Source: Candidatus Bathyarchaeota archaeon
Lineage (GTDB): Archaea > Thermoproteota > Bathyarchaeia > Bathyarchaeales > Bathycorpusculaceae
DNA length: 64,000 nt
Assembly (NCBI GenBank): GCA_963708495.1
Contig: CAVPSS010000005.1
Coordinates: 19,739-83,738, forward strand
Reading direction: 5' to 3'
Positions 54,195 to 63,214 of the stretch are shown here, piece after piece; within the stretch, counting starts at the first letter, position 1; every line of letters starts with the position of its first letter. A program made the position numbers and the translations under genes. A model generated the notes under the pieces. The model made no database searches. It saw nothing but the letters and a program-made list of their open reading frames with translations, and was not told where the DNA came from.

Positions 54195-56786
54195 ATGAGT
54201 CTGAATAATTTTACGGTTAAGTCGCAGGAAGCTGTTCAGAAGGCTGTGGAAATTGTTTCAGCAGGGAGCAATCAAGCAGTTGAACCACTTCATCTCTTAA
54301 AAGGAATCTTTCTTGTTGATGAGAATGTTGTTCCTTTTTTGTTTGGGAAACTCGGGATTAATTCTAGTTCTTTCTCTGGTTCATTAGATAGGGAAATTGG
54401 TGCTTTGCCTAAAGTTAGCGGTGGCGAGCCGTATCTTTCTTCAAATTCTAATAAGGTTCTTCGCAAGGCTCAAGAATTGGCTTCTGCTGCCAAAGATGAG
54501 TTTGTCTCCATAGAGCAGCTATTGTTAGCAATATTCTCGTTAGATGATCCAGCTTCGCGTTTACTAAAACGCAGTGGAGTTAACGAAAAAGACCTCAAGT
54601 CCGCAATTGGCCAGTTACGTAAGGGCTCCTCTGCTAATTCACCCACTGCAGAAGAAACTTACAATGCTCTCAATAAGTATGCCATTAACCTTAACAGTTT
54701 GGCTAGGGCGGGGAAACTTGATCCAGTTATTGGTCGCGACAGCGAAATTCGTCGGGTTTTGCAGATATTGTCTAGAAGGACTAAGAATAATCCTCTTTTA
54801 ATTGGGGAGCCAGGTGTAGGCAAAACTGCTATAGCTGAGGGTCTTGCACAACGCATTATTAATGGTGATGTGCCAGAGAATCTGAAGTCAAAGCAGCTCT
54901 TTTCTCTTGATATGGGTGCTTTAATTGCTGGTGCTAAGTATAAGGGGGAGTTTGAAGAGCGTCTTAAGAGCGTTATTAAGGAAGTTGTTGGGGCTGAAGG
55001 TGACATTTTACTTTTCATAGATGAGATTCATACGCTTGTTGGGGCAGGTGGTGGCGAGGGTGCAATGGATGCGGCTAATATTCTTAAGCCAGCTTTGGCG
55101 CGAGGTGAGTTGCGTGCTATTGGTGCGACGACTTTGAAGGAGTATCAGAAGTATTTTGAGAAAGACAAAGCTTTGGAGAGGCGTTTTCAACCGGTTATGG
55201 TTAATGAGCCCGACGTCTTAGATGCTATTTCTATCCTTCGAGGTTTAAAAGAGCGCTATGAAGTCTATCATCACGTTCGAATCAGAGACGATGCAATAAT
55301 TGCCGCTGTTGAGTTGTCCCAACGGTATATAACTGAGCGTTTTCTGCCTGACAAGGCCATTGATTTGATTGATGAAGCAGCTTCCAAGTTGGAGCTTGAA
55401 ATTAATTCTGAGCCTCAAGAACTTGAGGATGTTGACCGGAAGATCCGGCAGTTAGAGATTGAACGTGAAGCTATCAAGAATGAAAAAGATGAGGTTAAAC
55501 TTAAGTCGCTAAATCAGGAAATCGCCAATTTGACCGAGCAAAGAAATAGTCTGCGGGCTAAGTGGCGTGCGGAGAAGGAAATTGCAGATCAAATTCAAGC
55601 TAAGAAAAATGAGATAGAGCAGTTGAAGTTTGAAGAGGAAAAGGCTAACCGTCAAGGAGTTCTTGGAAAGATTGCTGAGATTCGATATGGCAAAATACCT
55701 GATGCGACTAAAGCGATTGAGGTTTTGAAGAAGAAATTAACAGAGTTGCAGAAGGATTCGGCGTTGGTTAATGAGGAAGTGGGGGCGGAGGAAATTGCTG
55801 ATGTTGTTTCGAGTTGGACTGGAATTCCTGTTAATCGTATGCTTCAAACCGAGAAGCAAAAACTACTGAATATTGAATCTGAGCTTCATATGAGAGTTGT
55901 CGGGCAGGATGATGCAATTCAGGCTGTTTCTGATGCGTTGCGTCGTAGTCGCGCTGGTCTGCAGGATCCTAAACGCCCAATTGGGTCTTTCATTTTCTTG
56001 GGTACAACTGGGGTTGGAAAAACTGAGTTAGTGAAGGCATTAGCTGAGTTTTTGTTTAACAATGAGAACAATATGGTTCGCATTGACATGTCTGAGTATC
56101 AGGAGCGACACACCGTTTCCAGGCTTGTGGGTGCTCCACCGGGTTACGTTGGGTATGAAGAAAGTGGGCAGTTAACTGAAGCGGTGAGAAGAAAGCCTTA
56201 CTCGGTTGTTTTGCTAGATGAAATCGAGAAAGCACATCCAGATGTTTTCAACATTCTACTTCAGGTCCTCGACGATGGCAGATTAACGGATAACAAAGGT
56301 CGAACTGTTGATTTCAAAAACACCATCATAATAATGACTTCCAACATAGGCTCTCACTTAATTCAAGAAAACCTAGAAAAAATTACCTCTGAAAATCGTG
56401 AGCAAATTCTAAATCAAACTAAAGAGCAAGTATTTGAGTTACTCAAGAAAAGCATCAAACCAGAATTCCTCAACCGCATAGATGAAATAATAATGTTCCA
56501 ACCTCTCACCCAAGAGGAAATTCGGAAAATAGTGGAGCTGCAACTGCAAAAAGTTGAAAAAATGCTGGAAAAAACCAACATAAAAATCTCAGCCACCAAA
56601 AAAGCCATAGACTTCATCGCCAAAGTTGGTTTTGATCCCCAATTTGGTGCAAGACCAATAAAACGTGTTATCCAAAAAGAAATCTTGAATGAACTTTCAA
56701 AAATGCTGCTATCTGAAAAAGTCAACAAAGACACAACGATTGTCGTCGATGAAAAAAACGGTCAACTGATATTCAAAAATAAATAA
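54195..56786 (+). CDS. clpB: ATP-dependent chaperone ClpB (bacterial type)
   Basis: Clp N domain, GEPGVGKT, middle coiled coil, GTTGVGKT, RIDMSEY and GAPPGYVGY. Confidence 0.96.
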   Translation: MSLNNFTVKSQEAVQKAVEIVSAGSNQAVEPLHLLKGIFLVDENVVPFLFGKLGINSSSFSGSLDREIGALPKVSGGEPYLSSNSNKVLRKAQELASAAKDEFVSIEQLLLAIFSLDDPASRLLKRSGVNEKDLKSAIGQLRKGSSANSPTAEETYNALNKYAINLNSLARAGKLDPVIGRDSEIRRVLQILSRRTKNNPLLIGEPGVGKTAIAEGLAQRIINGDVPENLKSKQLFSLDMGALIAGAKYKGEFEERLKSVIKEVVGAEGDILLFIDEIHTLVGAGGGEGAMDAANILKPALARGELRAIGATTLKEYQKYFEKDKALERRFQPVMVNEPDVLDAISILRGLKERYEVYHHVRIRDDAIIAAVELSQRYITERFLPDKAIDLIDEAASKLELEINSEPQELEDVDRKIRQLEIEREAIKNEKDEVKLKSLNQEIANLTEQRNSLRAKWRAEKEIADQIQAKKNEIEQLKFEEEKANRQGVLGKIAEIRYGKIPDATKAIEVLKKKLTELQKDSALVNEEVGAEEIADVVSSWTGIPVNRMLQTEKQKLLNIESELHMRVVGQDDAIQAVSDALRRSRAGLQDPKRPIGSFIFLGTTGVGKTELVKALAEFLFNNENNMVRIDMSEYQERHTVSRLVGAPPGYVGYEESGQLTEAVRRKPYSVVLLDEIEKAHPDVFNILLQVLDDGRLTDNKGRTVDFKNTIIIMTSNIGSHLIQENLEKITSENREQILNQTKEQVFELLKKSIKPEFLNRIDEIIMFQPLTQEEIRKIVELQLQKVEKMLEKTNIKISATKKAIDFIAKVGFDPQFGARPIKRVIQKEILNELSKMLLSEKVNKDTTIVVDEKNGQLIFKNK

Positions 56787-56796
56787 GTCACCTATT

Positions 56797-57468
56797 TTAT
56801 CCATCGCTTTTCATAATCTTCTGGAATGTCAGTGATCTTCCATTCTTTCCAACTAAACGAATAACGTTGCTTTTTCTTAGACAATAAGTTATTTGTCGTG
56901 CAGTCCTGACTGAAATTTTTGCTAATTTCGCGAGTTCTTTGTTGGTGAAAACTTCGTTTAGGTCTTCGGGTAGTATTTTGAGGTAGTCAGCCTTTGTTTG
57001 GAAGAGGATTCGGTCATTTACCTTCATTAGTTTTCTTTCTTTGATGCTAACTCCTCTTCTTCTCCAGCTTCCTTTTCCATCGTCGCACCTTACCTCTTCT
57101 TCATCGATGAGTAAAACTTCTAAAGAAAAGTTCTCTTCACAAATCATATTTGGAATCATAACCAGTTCACGAAACAGATCAGTCAGTTTTCCTTTTTTTG
57201 GGGATTTACGTGTATTCAAGTCTAAGTGTTCTTTTGTAACGTGTGTTATCCATTTCTTTTCTGTGAGAGGATAAACTAACCTCACTTTGTGTTTTTCTGT
57301 TAGCACTTGGAGTTTTTCTTTGAGGGCTGAAAAATTCTTTGTCTGAACTTCGATAAGTAAATTTTCCCTCAAGATATCGACGATGTAGTTTCCTATTTTG
57401 ACCTCATATTGATCTCCAGGAAGAGAGTAAACTTTCTTGATTTCTGAATGAAGAGAGAACTCGTTCAT
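56797..57468 (-). CDS. hypothetical PD-(D/E)xK-like protein with C-terminal winged helix
   Basis: SLHSEIK, VD..LIEVQT, RKSPKKG, WRRRG and YCL motifs. Confidence 0.6.
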   Translation of the reverse strand: MNEFSLHSEIKKVYSLPGDQYEVKIGNYIVDILRENLLIEVQTKNFSALKEKLQVLTEKHKVRLVYPLTEKKWITHVTKEHLDLNTRKSPKKGKLTDLFRELVMIPNMICEENFSLEVLLIDEEEVRCDDGKGSWRRRGVSIKERKLMKVNDRILFQTKADYLKILPEDLNEVFTNKELAKLAKISVRTARQITYCLRKSNVIRLVGKNGRSLTFQKIMKSDG

Positions 57469-57554
57469 TATTCTTCAAGATGTTAATTAGCAATTAATAA
57501 GCCTATTTTTTGCGTTATCTTAATGTCAGAGGAAAAATTGATGGCTTTTCTTGT

Positions 57555-58292
57555 TTATTGGAGTTTGTGCAGTAATATTACTGTGGCGTTTGTGATTTGG
57601 TTTTGTTGTTGTTCTCGGGTTATGGTTGCTTGGTTATCTCCTGATTGGGGTCCATACCATCCGAATTGTGCATGATTTCCACCGGCAATTTCAACTCTGA
57701 CTGTAGACGGGGGGAGTTGTTTGAGTGAGTCGTCTATTTGTTTGGTGCTTACTAATCCGTCGTTTGATCCATGGATCGTTGTCACCGCAAGATTAAGCTC
57801 TGATAGGTCAACCCCTGAGGGAGGGTAAGCCGCCAGAAGTACTAACCCCTCAATTTTAGTTGGGTTATCATGAACATACTGTGCTGCCATGGTTCCACCC
57901 AATGAATGTCCTGCAATTGTCCACTTAGTGATGTTTGGATAAGATTCAATGACGTCGTTAGCTGAATTGAAACCTAAAACTGCAAGATTAAGAGGCATTG
58001 GAACTATGATTGTCAAGTATCCTTCGTTTGCGATTGCATGGGCGAGTGGTGCATATGAACGGTAGTCAACCCTGCCCCCAGGATAGAAAATAAAACCAAT
58101 AGTGTCGTTACCTGAGTTTGGTTGAAAAACAAGCCAGCGTCCATTAGTGACAATAACATTAGTGTCCGACTGCATTGCATTGAAAGCTTCTTGCATAGGC
58201 ACAGGTGGAGTTTCAGCCCAAACGACAAAACCAACTAACACAGCGCTAACAATTAAGAGAACAGTAAGAACAATCTTGAGTCTTCTACGCAT
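57555..58292 (-). CDS. membrane-anchored alpha/beta hydrolase
   Basis: YPGG, GHSLGG, DGL and GGNHAQFG motifs. Confidence 0.87.
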   Translation of the reverse strand: MRRRLKIVLTVLLIVSAVLVGFVVWAETPPVPMQEAFNAMQSDTNVIVTNGRWLVFQPNSGNDTIGFIFYPGGRVDYRSYAPLAHAIANEGYLTIIVPMPLNLAVLGFNSANDVIESYPNITKWTIAGHSLGGTMAAQYVHDNPTKIEGLVLLAAYPPSGVDLSELNLAVTTIHGSNDGLVSTKQIDDSLKQLPPSTVRVEIAGGNHAQFGWYGPQSGDNQATITREQQQNQITNATVILLHKLQ

Positions 58293-58363
58293 GGTGTCTT
58301 CCCAAAAGAATCAACAATTGAAGGATTATATTAAGTTAGAAGTATGAGAGTTACTGCTAAAAA

Positions 58364-58423
58364 GGATCAGGAGGGATTTGAACCCCTCGCAAAGTGGAGA
58401 TGTCACCCGTAAAAACCCTTTTT
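58364..58423 (-). repeat. dispersed tRNA-T-loop-like repeat, copy A
   Basis: Minus strand AAAAAGGGTTTTTACGGGTGACATCTCCACTTTGCGAGGGGTTCAAATCCCTCCTGATCC. Confidence 0.7.
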
Positions 58424-58804
58424 CTTTTTTTGTTTTCTTTCAATATCAGCGTCTTTAGCTTCTGACATTATTGCAACATCTCTAGGGGTTGTTGGTTTAT
58501 TCGTTGCTTTTAGAACTGTCTTTTCTCTCAATCCACATTCACGACATTCATATATTGGTGGAGTGAAACCCATATGAGAAAACATATCCCCAACCGCAGA
58601 ACCTACCCTGCGAACTAATGGACTTTTACATTTAGGACAAACCTGAATATCCACATATTTCTTTTCTTTCTCCAATTCGTCTAATGCTTGAACCAATTCA
58701 GGTAACAGTACGCTTTCAACTTTATCTGTCTCTAAAACGAGCAGTTGTTTTTTCTTTTTCTTCTTTTTCTTTTGCTCTTGCTCTTCTTCGCTCAAGACTA
58801 TCAC
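58403..58804 (-). CDS. Zn-ribbon protein with poly-Lys tract
   Basis: CPKC...YECREC; stop codon lies inside repeat copy A. Confidence 0.7.
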   Translation of the reverse strand: MIVLSEEEQEQKKKKKKKKQLLVLETDKVESVLLPELVQALDELEKEKKYVDIQVCPKCKSPLVRRVGSAVGDMFSHMGFTPPIYECRECGLREKTVLKATNKPTTPRDVAIMSEAKDADIERKQKKKKGFYG

Positions 58805-58867
58805 AGTTACCTATTTTGAAACGAAGCAATTTATGAGGCTTTCTAACATCGGAAAAATGCCTAATGA

Positions 58868-58899
58868 ATGGAGATGTCTCCCGCAAAACCCATTTTTTT
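58868..58899 (-). repeat. dispersed repeat, copy F (left arm only)
   Basis: Minus strand AAAAAAATGGGTTTTGCGGGAGACATCTCCAT. Confidence 0.65.
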
Positions 58900-59044
58900 A
58901 GATAGACAAGTACTCGTTAAGCCAATCGTCCATTGCATAATGGGCAAGCTTGCGGTTTTTTGCTCCTTTGGGAATCATGCCTATGTTGCATTGGTAGCAA
59001 AGACGTATGTGGCAATCTTGGCAACAAGCATTATTGTTAAGTGG

Positions 59045-59242
59045 AGTCTGCCACTTGCAGACTTTGGTACAGTTACCTTTACTGGATGTTCAGTAACTAT
59101 TGGAGGCCCATCAGGCTCTATAAGTATCTTCAAAAATGACGTAATTGATATGTTTACGAGCAGCGGCACAAAAAGTCAGATACAAATGACTTGTCTAAAG
59201 GCCGGACTGACTTCTCAGTTAAATGGAAAGCTCTTAAAATAA
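59045..59242 (+). pseudogene. C-terminal fragment of a G1 (glutamic) peptidase-like gene
   Basis: LPLADFGTVTFTGCSVTIGG..IDM, then DFSVKW in a shifted frame; no N-terminal part. Confidence 0.55.
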
Positions 59243-59373
59243 ATACTTCTTTTTTATTTTTTTGGATTTTTCATGCAAGATAATGTCGCTATTATCACTG
59301 CCATAAGTGCGCAACTTTTCTGGTTAAAAGTCTTTTAAGTAGTTTAAACTTATTTAAAATAGGTGGCATTGGT

Positions 59374-59511
59374 TTGGATAATGTGCCTGCATGTAGAAGT
59401 TGCGGAACCAGAGCCGATGAATCATTTGCAGTTTATGAACTTCCTGTTCAAAAAATAAAACTGATTTATTGCAAAAACTGCGGAAAAGTTTAGGGCGTTG
59501 TCAATCTCTAA
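59374..59511 (+). CDS. Zn-ribbon microprotein (CRSC...CKNC) with an in-frame TAG five codons before TAA
   Basis: Manual translation MDNVPACRSCG...IYCKNCGKV*GVVNL*; AGGTGG upstream. Confidence 0.55.
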
Positions 59512-59557
59512 TAAGCAAGAACTATCTTTGGTCAAATACTCTAGGAGTGGAAAGGAA

Positions 59558-59827
59558 TTGGATTGCATAACTTTAGTTGGATTGATGGCAGCTGCAACAG
59601 GTGGGATTTCACTTTTACCTCAAGTACTGAAGGTTTTAAAGACCAAATCTACCAAAGACATTTCTCGTGAAATGATCATAATATTGGCTTGTAGCATACT
59701 TTTGTGGCTCGTATATGGAATTTTATTAAAAAATTTCCCCATAATAATTGCAAATTCTTTTGGTTTTGTCCAAGCTCTTATTATTCTATTCTATAAAATA
59801 AAAAATCAAATGAAAAAAAGAACCTAA
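59558..59827 (+). CDS. SemiSWEET/PQ-loop sugar transporter
   Basis: LLPQVLK..KTKSTKDIS, LWLVYG and PIIIAN motifs. Confidence 0.85.
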   Translation: MDCITLVGLMAAATGGISLLPQVLKVLKTKSTKDISREMIIILACSILLWLVYGILLKNFPIIIANSFGFVQALIILFYKIKNQMKKRT

Positions 59828-60113
59828 AGAAATAAAAGGATAAATTCGGAAAGCTGCGTAAACTCGCTCTGCTAAACCCAAGACTATCTTGCTCTTTGTA
59901 TTGTTGGGCAAGTTATTGAAAAGTTGCGCCATTCATGTTAAATTGCATTGTTTATGTTAAAACGTGGAATTGGTTGGCTGAACTATTGGAGACTATTAAC
60001 ACCACACTCTTAACATTTGTCTCTAAAAGTTAATTCAAAGTTTAAATTCGTTGTTTAATTGCCTATTTTTTGCGTAAAACTGTCTATATTTGGCGTTGTA
60101 TAATATAGTTAAC

Positions 60114-60336
60114 TGTAGGTCGGGAAGTACGCTTTAAACGCGATGCATTGAGGCAAAGAGCGTATCGATTAAAACAGCGAAAAATCGATATGTGACAAAG
60201 AATCTGCTTCAATGGGCTGAACAGCAATGTTGCATCAAGGCTTTGAGCAGTATGGTCAAAACGGTGAAAGACCATGCAGCGACAAAGACAAGCCTTAATG
60301 GACCGAAACAACATTAAGGCTTAGACCCGACCTGCA
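60114..60336 (+). ncRNA. unknown multibranch structured RNA candidate
   Basis: 11-bp closing stem and five internal hairpins; G-U pairs work only on the + strand. Confidence 0.6.
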
Positions 60337-60486
60337 CTTCTTTAACAAATTGAATTTTGTGTGTCTTACGCATGCAACTAAGGTTACTCAGTATTTCATC
60401 ATTTATCTTCGTGTTGCCGTGTCCTTTAATTGCAAGAGTTTTGATCACTATTTGCATAATTCAAAGAATAAAAAAGAGGAGAGAAG

Positions 60487-61326
60487 CTATTTTGCGTAAG
60501 CTTCGACGAGGTCGCGTGCAGTTATAATGCCTACCAACTTGTCGTCTCTTACGATAGGCAAACGTCTAATGTGCTTTACAGCCATAGTAGCAGCTGCTCT
60601 ATGAACACTTGTGCCCGATGGAATAATGATTAAAGGCAATGAACATGCTGGTCCTACCTCCGTATACAAATCTCTACCTGTGGCCAAGAAGGCTGTGAGC
60701 AAATCGCGTTCAGTGAAAATCCCAAATGGCTCCCCTTTGCGAGTAATTATTACACTGCCAATCCGTTGTTTACCCATAATACGAGCAATACTAATTATGG
60801 GTGCTGTTTCCTCAGCGGTAACAAGGTCTTTCGTCATGAAGTCATCAACTTTGACCTCAGTTTCAGGAACCTCAGGCAAACTCTTGATTAGATCCGAAGC
60901 AGTTATGATCCCCACAAGCGTTCCAGCGTCAAATACCGCAAGCCTGCCTTTCCTATTAACCATCAACTGGGCAACTTCCTTTATCTTAGCCGTAATTGAA
61001 ACACCTACTAGGGGATAGGACATCACATTCTCGACTTTTTCATCGCCTATGAGCAGCCCATACGCTATAACCTTGCTGAGTAAATCCCGCTCAGTAACTA
61101 TTCCCACAGGTGTTTGATACTTCACTACAATTAGACTTCCAATATGTTTCTGACCCATGATTTCGGCAGCTTTATTCAGAGAAGCCTCCGGAGTTATTTT
61201 AACAACATCTTTGCTCATTAATTCCTTCGATAGTTGATAACGCGGTAAGTCGCGCTTGTATTGCTCATAAGCAATGTCAACAACTCCCGGCAGCTTCCTT
61301 TTGAGTTCTTCTTTAGGAGTCGCCAA
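60487..61326 (-). CDS. tandem CBS-domain protein (four CBS)
   Basis: HIGSLIV..VGIVTERDL, GIITASDL, GIFTERDL and GIITARDL. Confidence 0.9.
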   Translation of the reverse strand: MATPKEELKRKLPGVVDIAYEQYKRDLPRYQLSKELMSKDVVKITPEASLNKAAEIMGQKHIGSLIVVKYQTPVGIVTERDLLSKVIAYGLLIGDEKVENVMSYPLVGVSITAKIKEVAQLMVNRKGRLAVFDAGTLVGIITASDLIKSLPEVPETEVKVDDFMTKDLVTAEETAPIISIARIMGKQRIGSVIITRKGEPFGIFTERDLLTAFLATGRDLYTEVGPACSLPLIIIPSGTSVHRAAATMAVKHIRRLPIVRDDKLVGIITARDLVEAYAK

Positions 61327-61500
61327 AAAAATCCCTCAAGATAATAGAATAGTCAAAAGGGCTAATTAAGTTTGCACAGATGAGCTAATTTAGAAAAAAA
61401 GGAGTCTTGTAGAGCTGGATTTAGGTGTGACAACTCTGGAAAAATTCAGCGTTATCTTTGCTTTGATTGCAGCTACAGGTTTTCATAACTTAATTGGAGG

Positions 61501-61530
61501 TGCTCGCCCCGTAAGGGGCGAGTAGTTCAC
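61501..61530 (+). mobile_element. orphan IS200/IS605-family right-end-like hairpin
   Basis: TGCTCGCCCC-GTAA-GGGGCGAGTA followed by GTTCAC. Confidence 0.55.
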
Positions 61531-61654
61531 TTTTTTAGGAGAAAAGAAAGACTGCATATAAAAAAGGGGAAACGCAGATTGTATTCTCAACTATTGCAGG
61601 GAGTAGGGTTAGCTGAGGCGCTGGAACCGAAAAAGAGAAATGAAAACCGCCCAT

Positions 61655-61716
61655 AAAAAAATGGGAATCGCTGGTGACGTTTCCACTGTGTTGGGGGTTC
61701 AAATCTCGCCCCTGCA
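61655..61716 (+). repeat. dispersed tRNA-T-loop-like repeat, copy B
   Basis: AAAAAAATGGGAATCGCTGGTGACGTTTCCACTGTGTTGGGGGTTCAAATCTCGCCCCTGCA. Confidence 0.7.
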
Positions 61717-61847
61717 TTTTTATAAGTGAAAAACGTGCGATTCAAGGTGCTAACAAGCGTTTTTTATTAAGGCTTAATGAAGCGCGGTGGGTGAGCCGAC
61801 AGCTATTTAACTCTATGACAGACAAGTAATCGAATTGGTGAGCAGAA

Positions 61848-62126
61848 GTGAGCAAGGTTGAGAACGAGTTAAAAGAAAAGATTGAGGAAATAATCAGGCA
61901 GAAGGCAGAATCATCTGTATCAGATGAGCTTTCAGACTCAGAACACGGGTATGTGGATGCTTTGATATGGCTTAAAGAAGGCTCAATCCAGCTAACTAAT
62001 GAAGGCATTGGAAAAGAAATTGTGGAGCGAACCTATGCGGACAAAAACCCTAGCAAAGAATACTGCGATGGCTACGACTCTGCACTTAAACTGGTGTTAA
62101 AAATGCTAATTGAATTGAAAAAATAG
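61848..62126 (+). CDS. hypothetical protein with internal duplication (GYVDAL / GYDSAL)
   Basis: ORF track; GGTGA upstream. Confidence 0.7.
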   Translation: MSKVENELKEKIEEIIRQKAESSVSDELSDSEHGYVDALIWLKEGSIQLTNEGIGKEIVERTYADKNPSKEYCDGYDSALKLVLKMLIELKK

Positions 62127-62213
62127 TATATTCTAAACGAATCACATTGAAATTTACTAACTAAATTGCATTAATGCCCTTATTTGAAAACTAGAGCGCC
62201 AAACGGTCTAGAC

Positions 62214-62270
62214 AAAAAAGGGAAATCCGGTTGATGTCTCACTTTGGCGAGGGTTCAACTACCACTGACT
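62214..62270 (+). repeat. dispersed tRNA-T-loop-like repeat, copy C (degenerate)
   Basis: AAAAAAGGGAAATCCGGTTGATGTCTCACTTTGGCGAGGGTTCAACTACC. Confidence 0.6.
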
Positions 62271-62427
62271 ATTAAAAAAAGAAATAAAAGAGGTTATTTT
62301 GAAAGGGCAAAATGTGCCGCTCGCTCAAATCCACAAAAAAAAAGATAATTTCAATCAACCAATATGGCAGAAAATTTAATATTTATTTCATGCCTTATTA
62401 ATTCAAAAGGTACCGGGGAGAAATTTT

Positions 62428-62991
62428 ATGACTGTTCAAGTAGATGAGAGTTCTGTTGGGAAGAAATTTATAAGAAAACACTGGAACATAGTTGCGGTGG
62501 CTATAACAGCTGGCATTTTGGCTATCATAGGCGCTGTCTATGTCTTTCTCTGGTTTGTAGCAAACTCTCAATCAACAGGTCTAGTACCCGCAACTCTTGG
62601 CTTGTGGTCAATGGGTAATATGGTAAGCTTTATTCTGCATGCTATTTTTTGGGAGCTGCTCTTAATCGGAATCCCAGTGGCGATTGGCGCAATCTTGGGT
62701 TGGCAATGGTGGAAAAGACTACCAGACGAAGAAAAGAAAGAGTATCACTTCTTTGGAAAACGTTCAAAGTCAAGAGGAGCAGGTGGAGCAGTGTCGCCGC
62801 TGCTTTTCATCGCTTTCGCAATTAAAGTCTATATTGATGGAAACTGGAACGTTGCAATTTCAAGTTGGACACTGGACTACGTCGTTGGTTCAATGGTTAC
62901 AATACTTGTCTGGATAGCTGTAATTTTCGCGATTCCCGCAACAATAGGGCTCATCTGGTGGTTAAGCCAGGGGATGAACAAAAAACCCTGA
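62428..62991 (+). CDS. hypothetical membrane protein
   Basis: About 4 TM segments, Trp-rich. Confidence 0.75.
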   Translation: MTVQVDESSVGKKFIRKHWNIVAVAITAGILAIIGAVYVFLWFVANSQSTGLVPATLGLWSMGNMVSFILHAIFWELLLIGIPVAIGAILGWQWWKRLPDEEKKEYHFFGKRSKSRGAGGAVSPLLFIAFAIKVYIDGNWNVAISSWTLDYVVGSMVTILVWIAVIFAIPATIGLIWWLSQGMNKKP

Positions 62992-63214
62992 CCTTTTTCC
63001 TCTATTCCCATTAACCGTTGGTTTTTTTAAACTGCATCTAACCACACGGCAATCCTCACACCAAATCCTACGCATTTTCGAAACTGGATTTTCATGGGTG
63101 TCTTTGGTGTAGTGGCGGGTTTCTTTCTTGCATATAGGGCGCCCATCCTTGTTTATAATCAGATTATTTCAGTTCGGAAGGTTGGGGTGTTTTAAATTAC
63201 CTCCCGGTCCATTT

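Noticed and set aside
58395-58406. GGAGATGTCAC as an IS605 right end
   Set aside because: Similarity among repeat copies continues past TCAC, and the hairpin is not directly adjacent.
60084-60314. 76-aa minus-strand ORF
   Set aside because: No recognisable motifs, and it is antisense to the structured RNA candidate.
58364-61716. tRNA genes at the GGTTCAAATC motifs
   Set aside because: Only a T-loop and a 3'-like tail are present; no D arm, anticodon arm or matching 5' acceptor strand.
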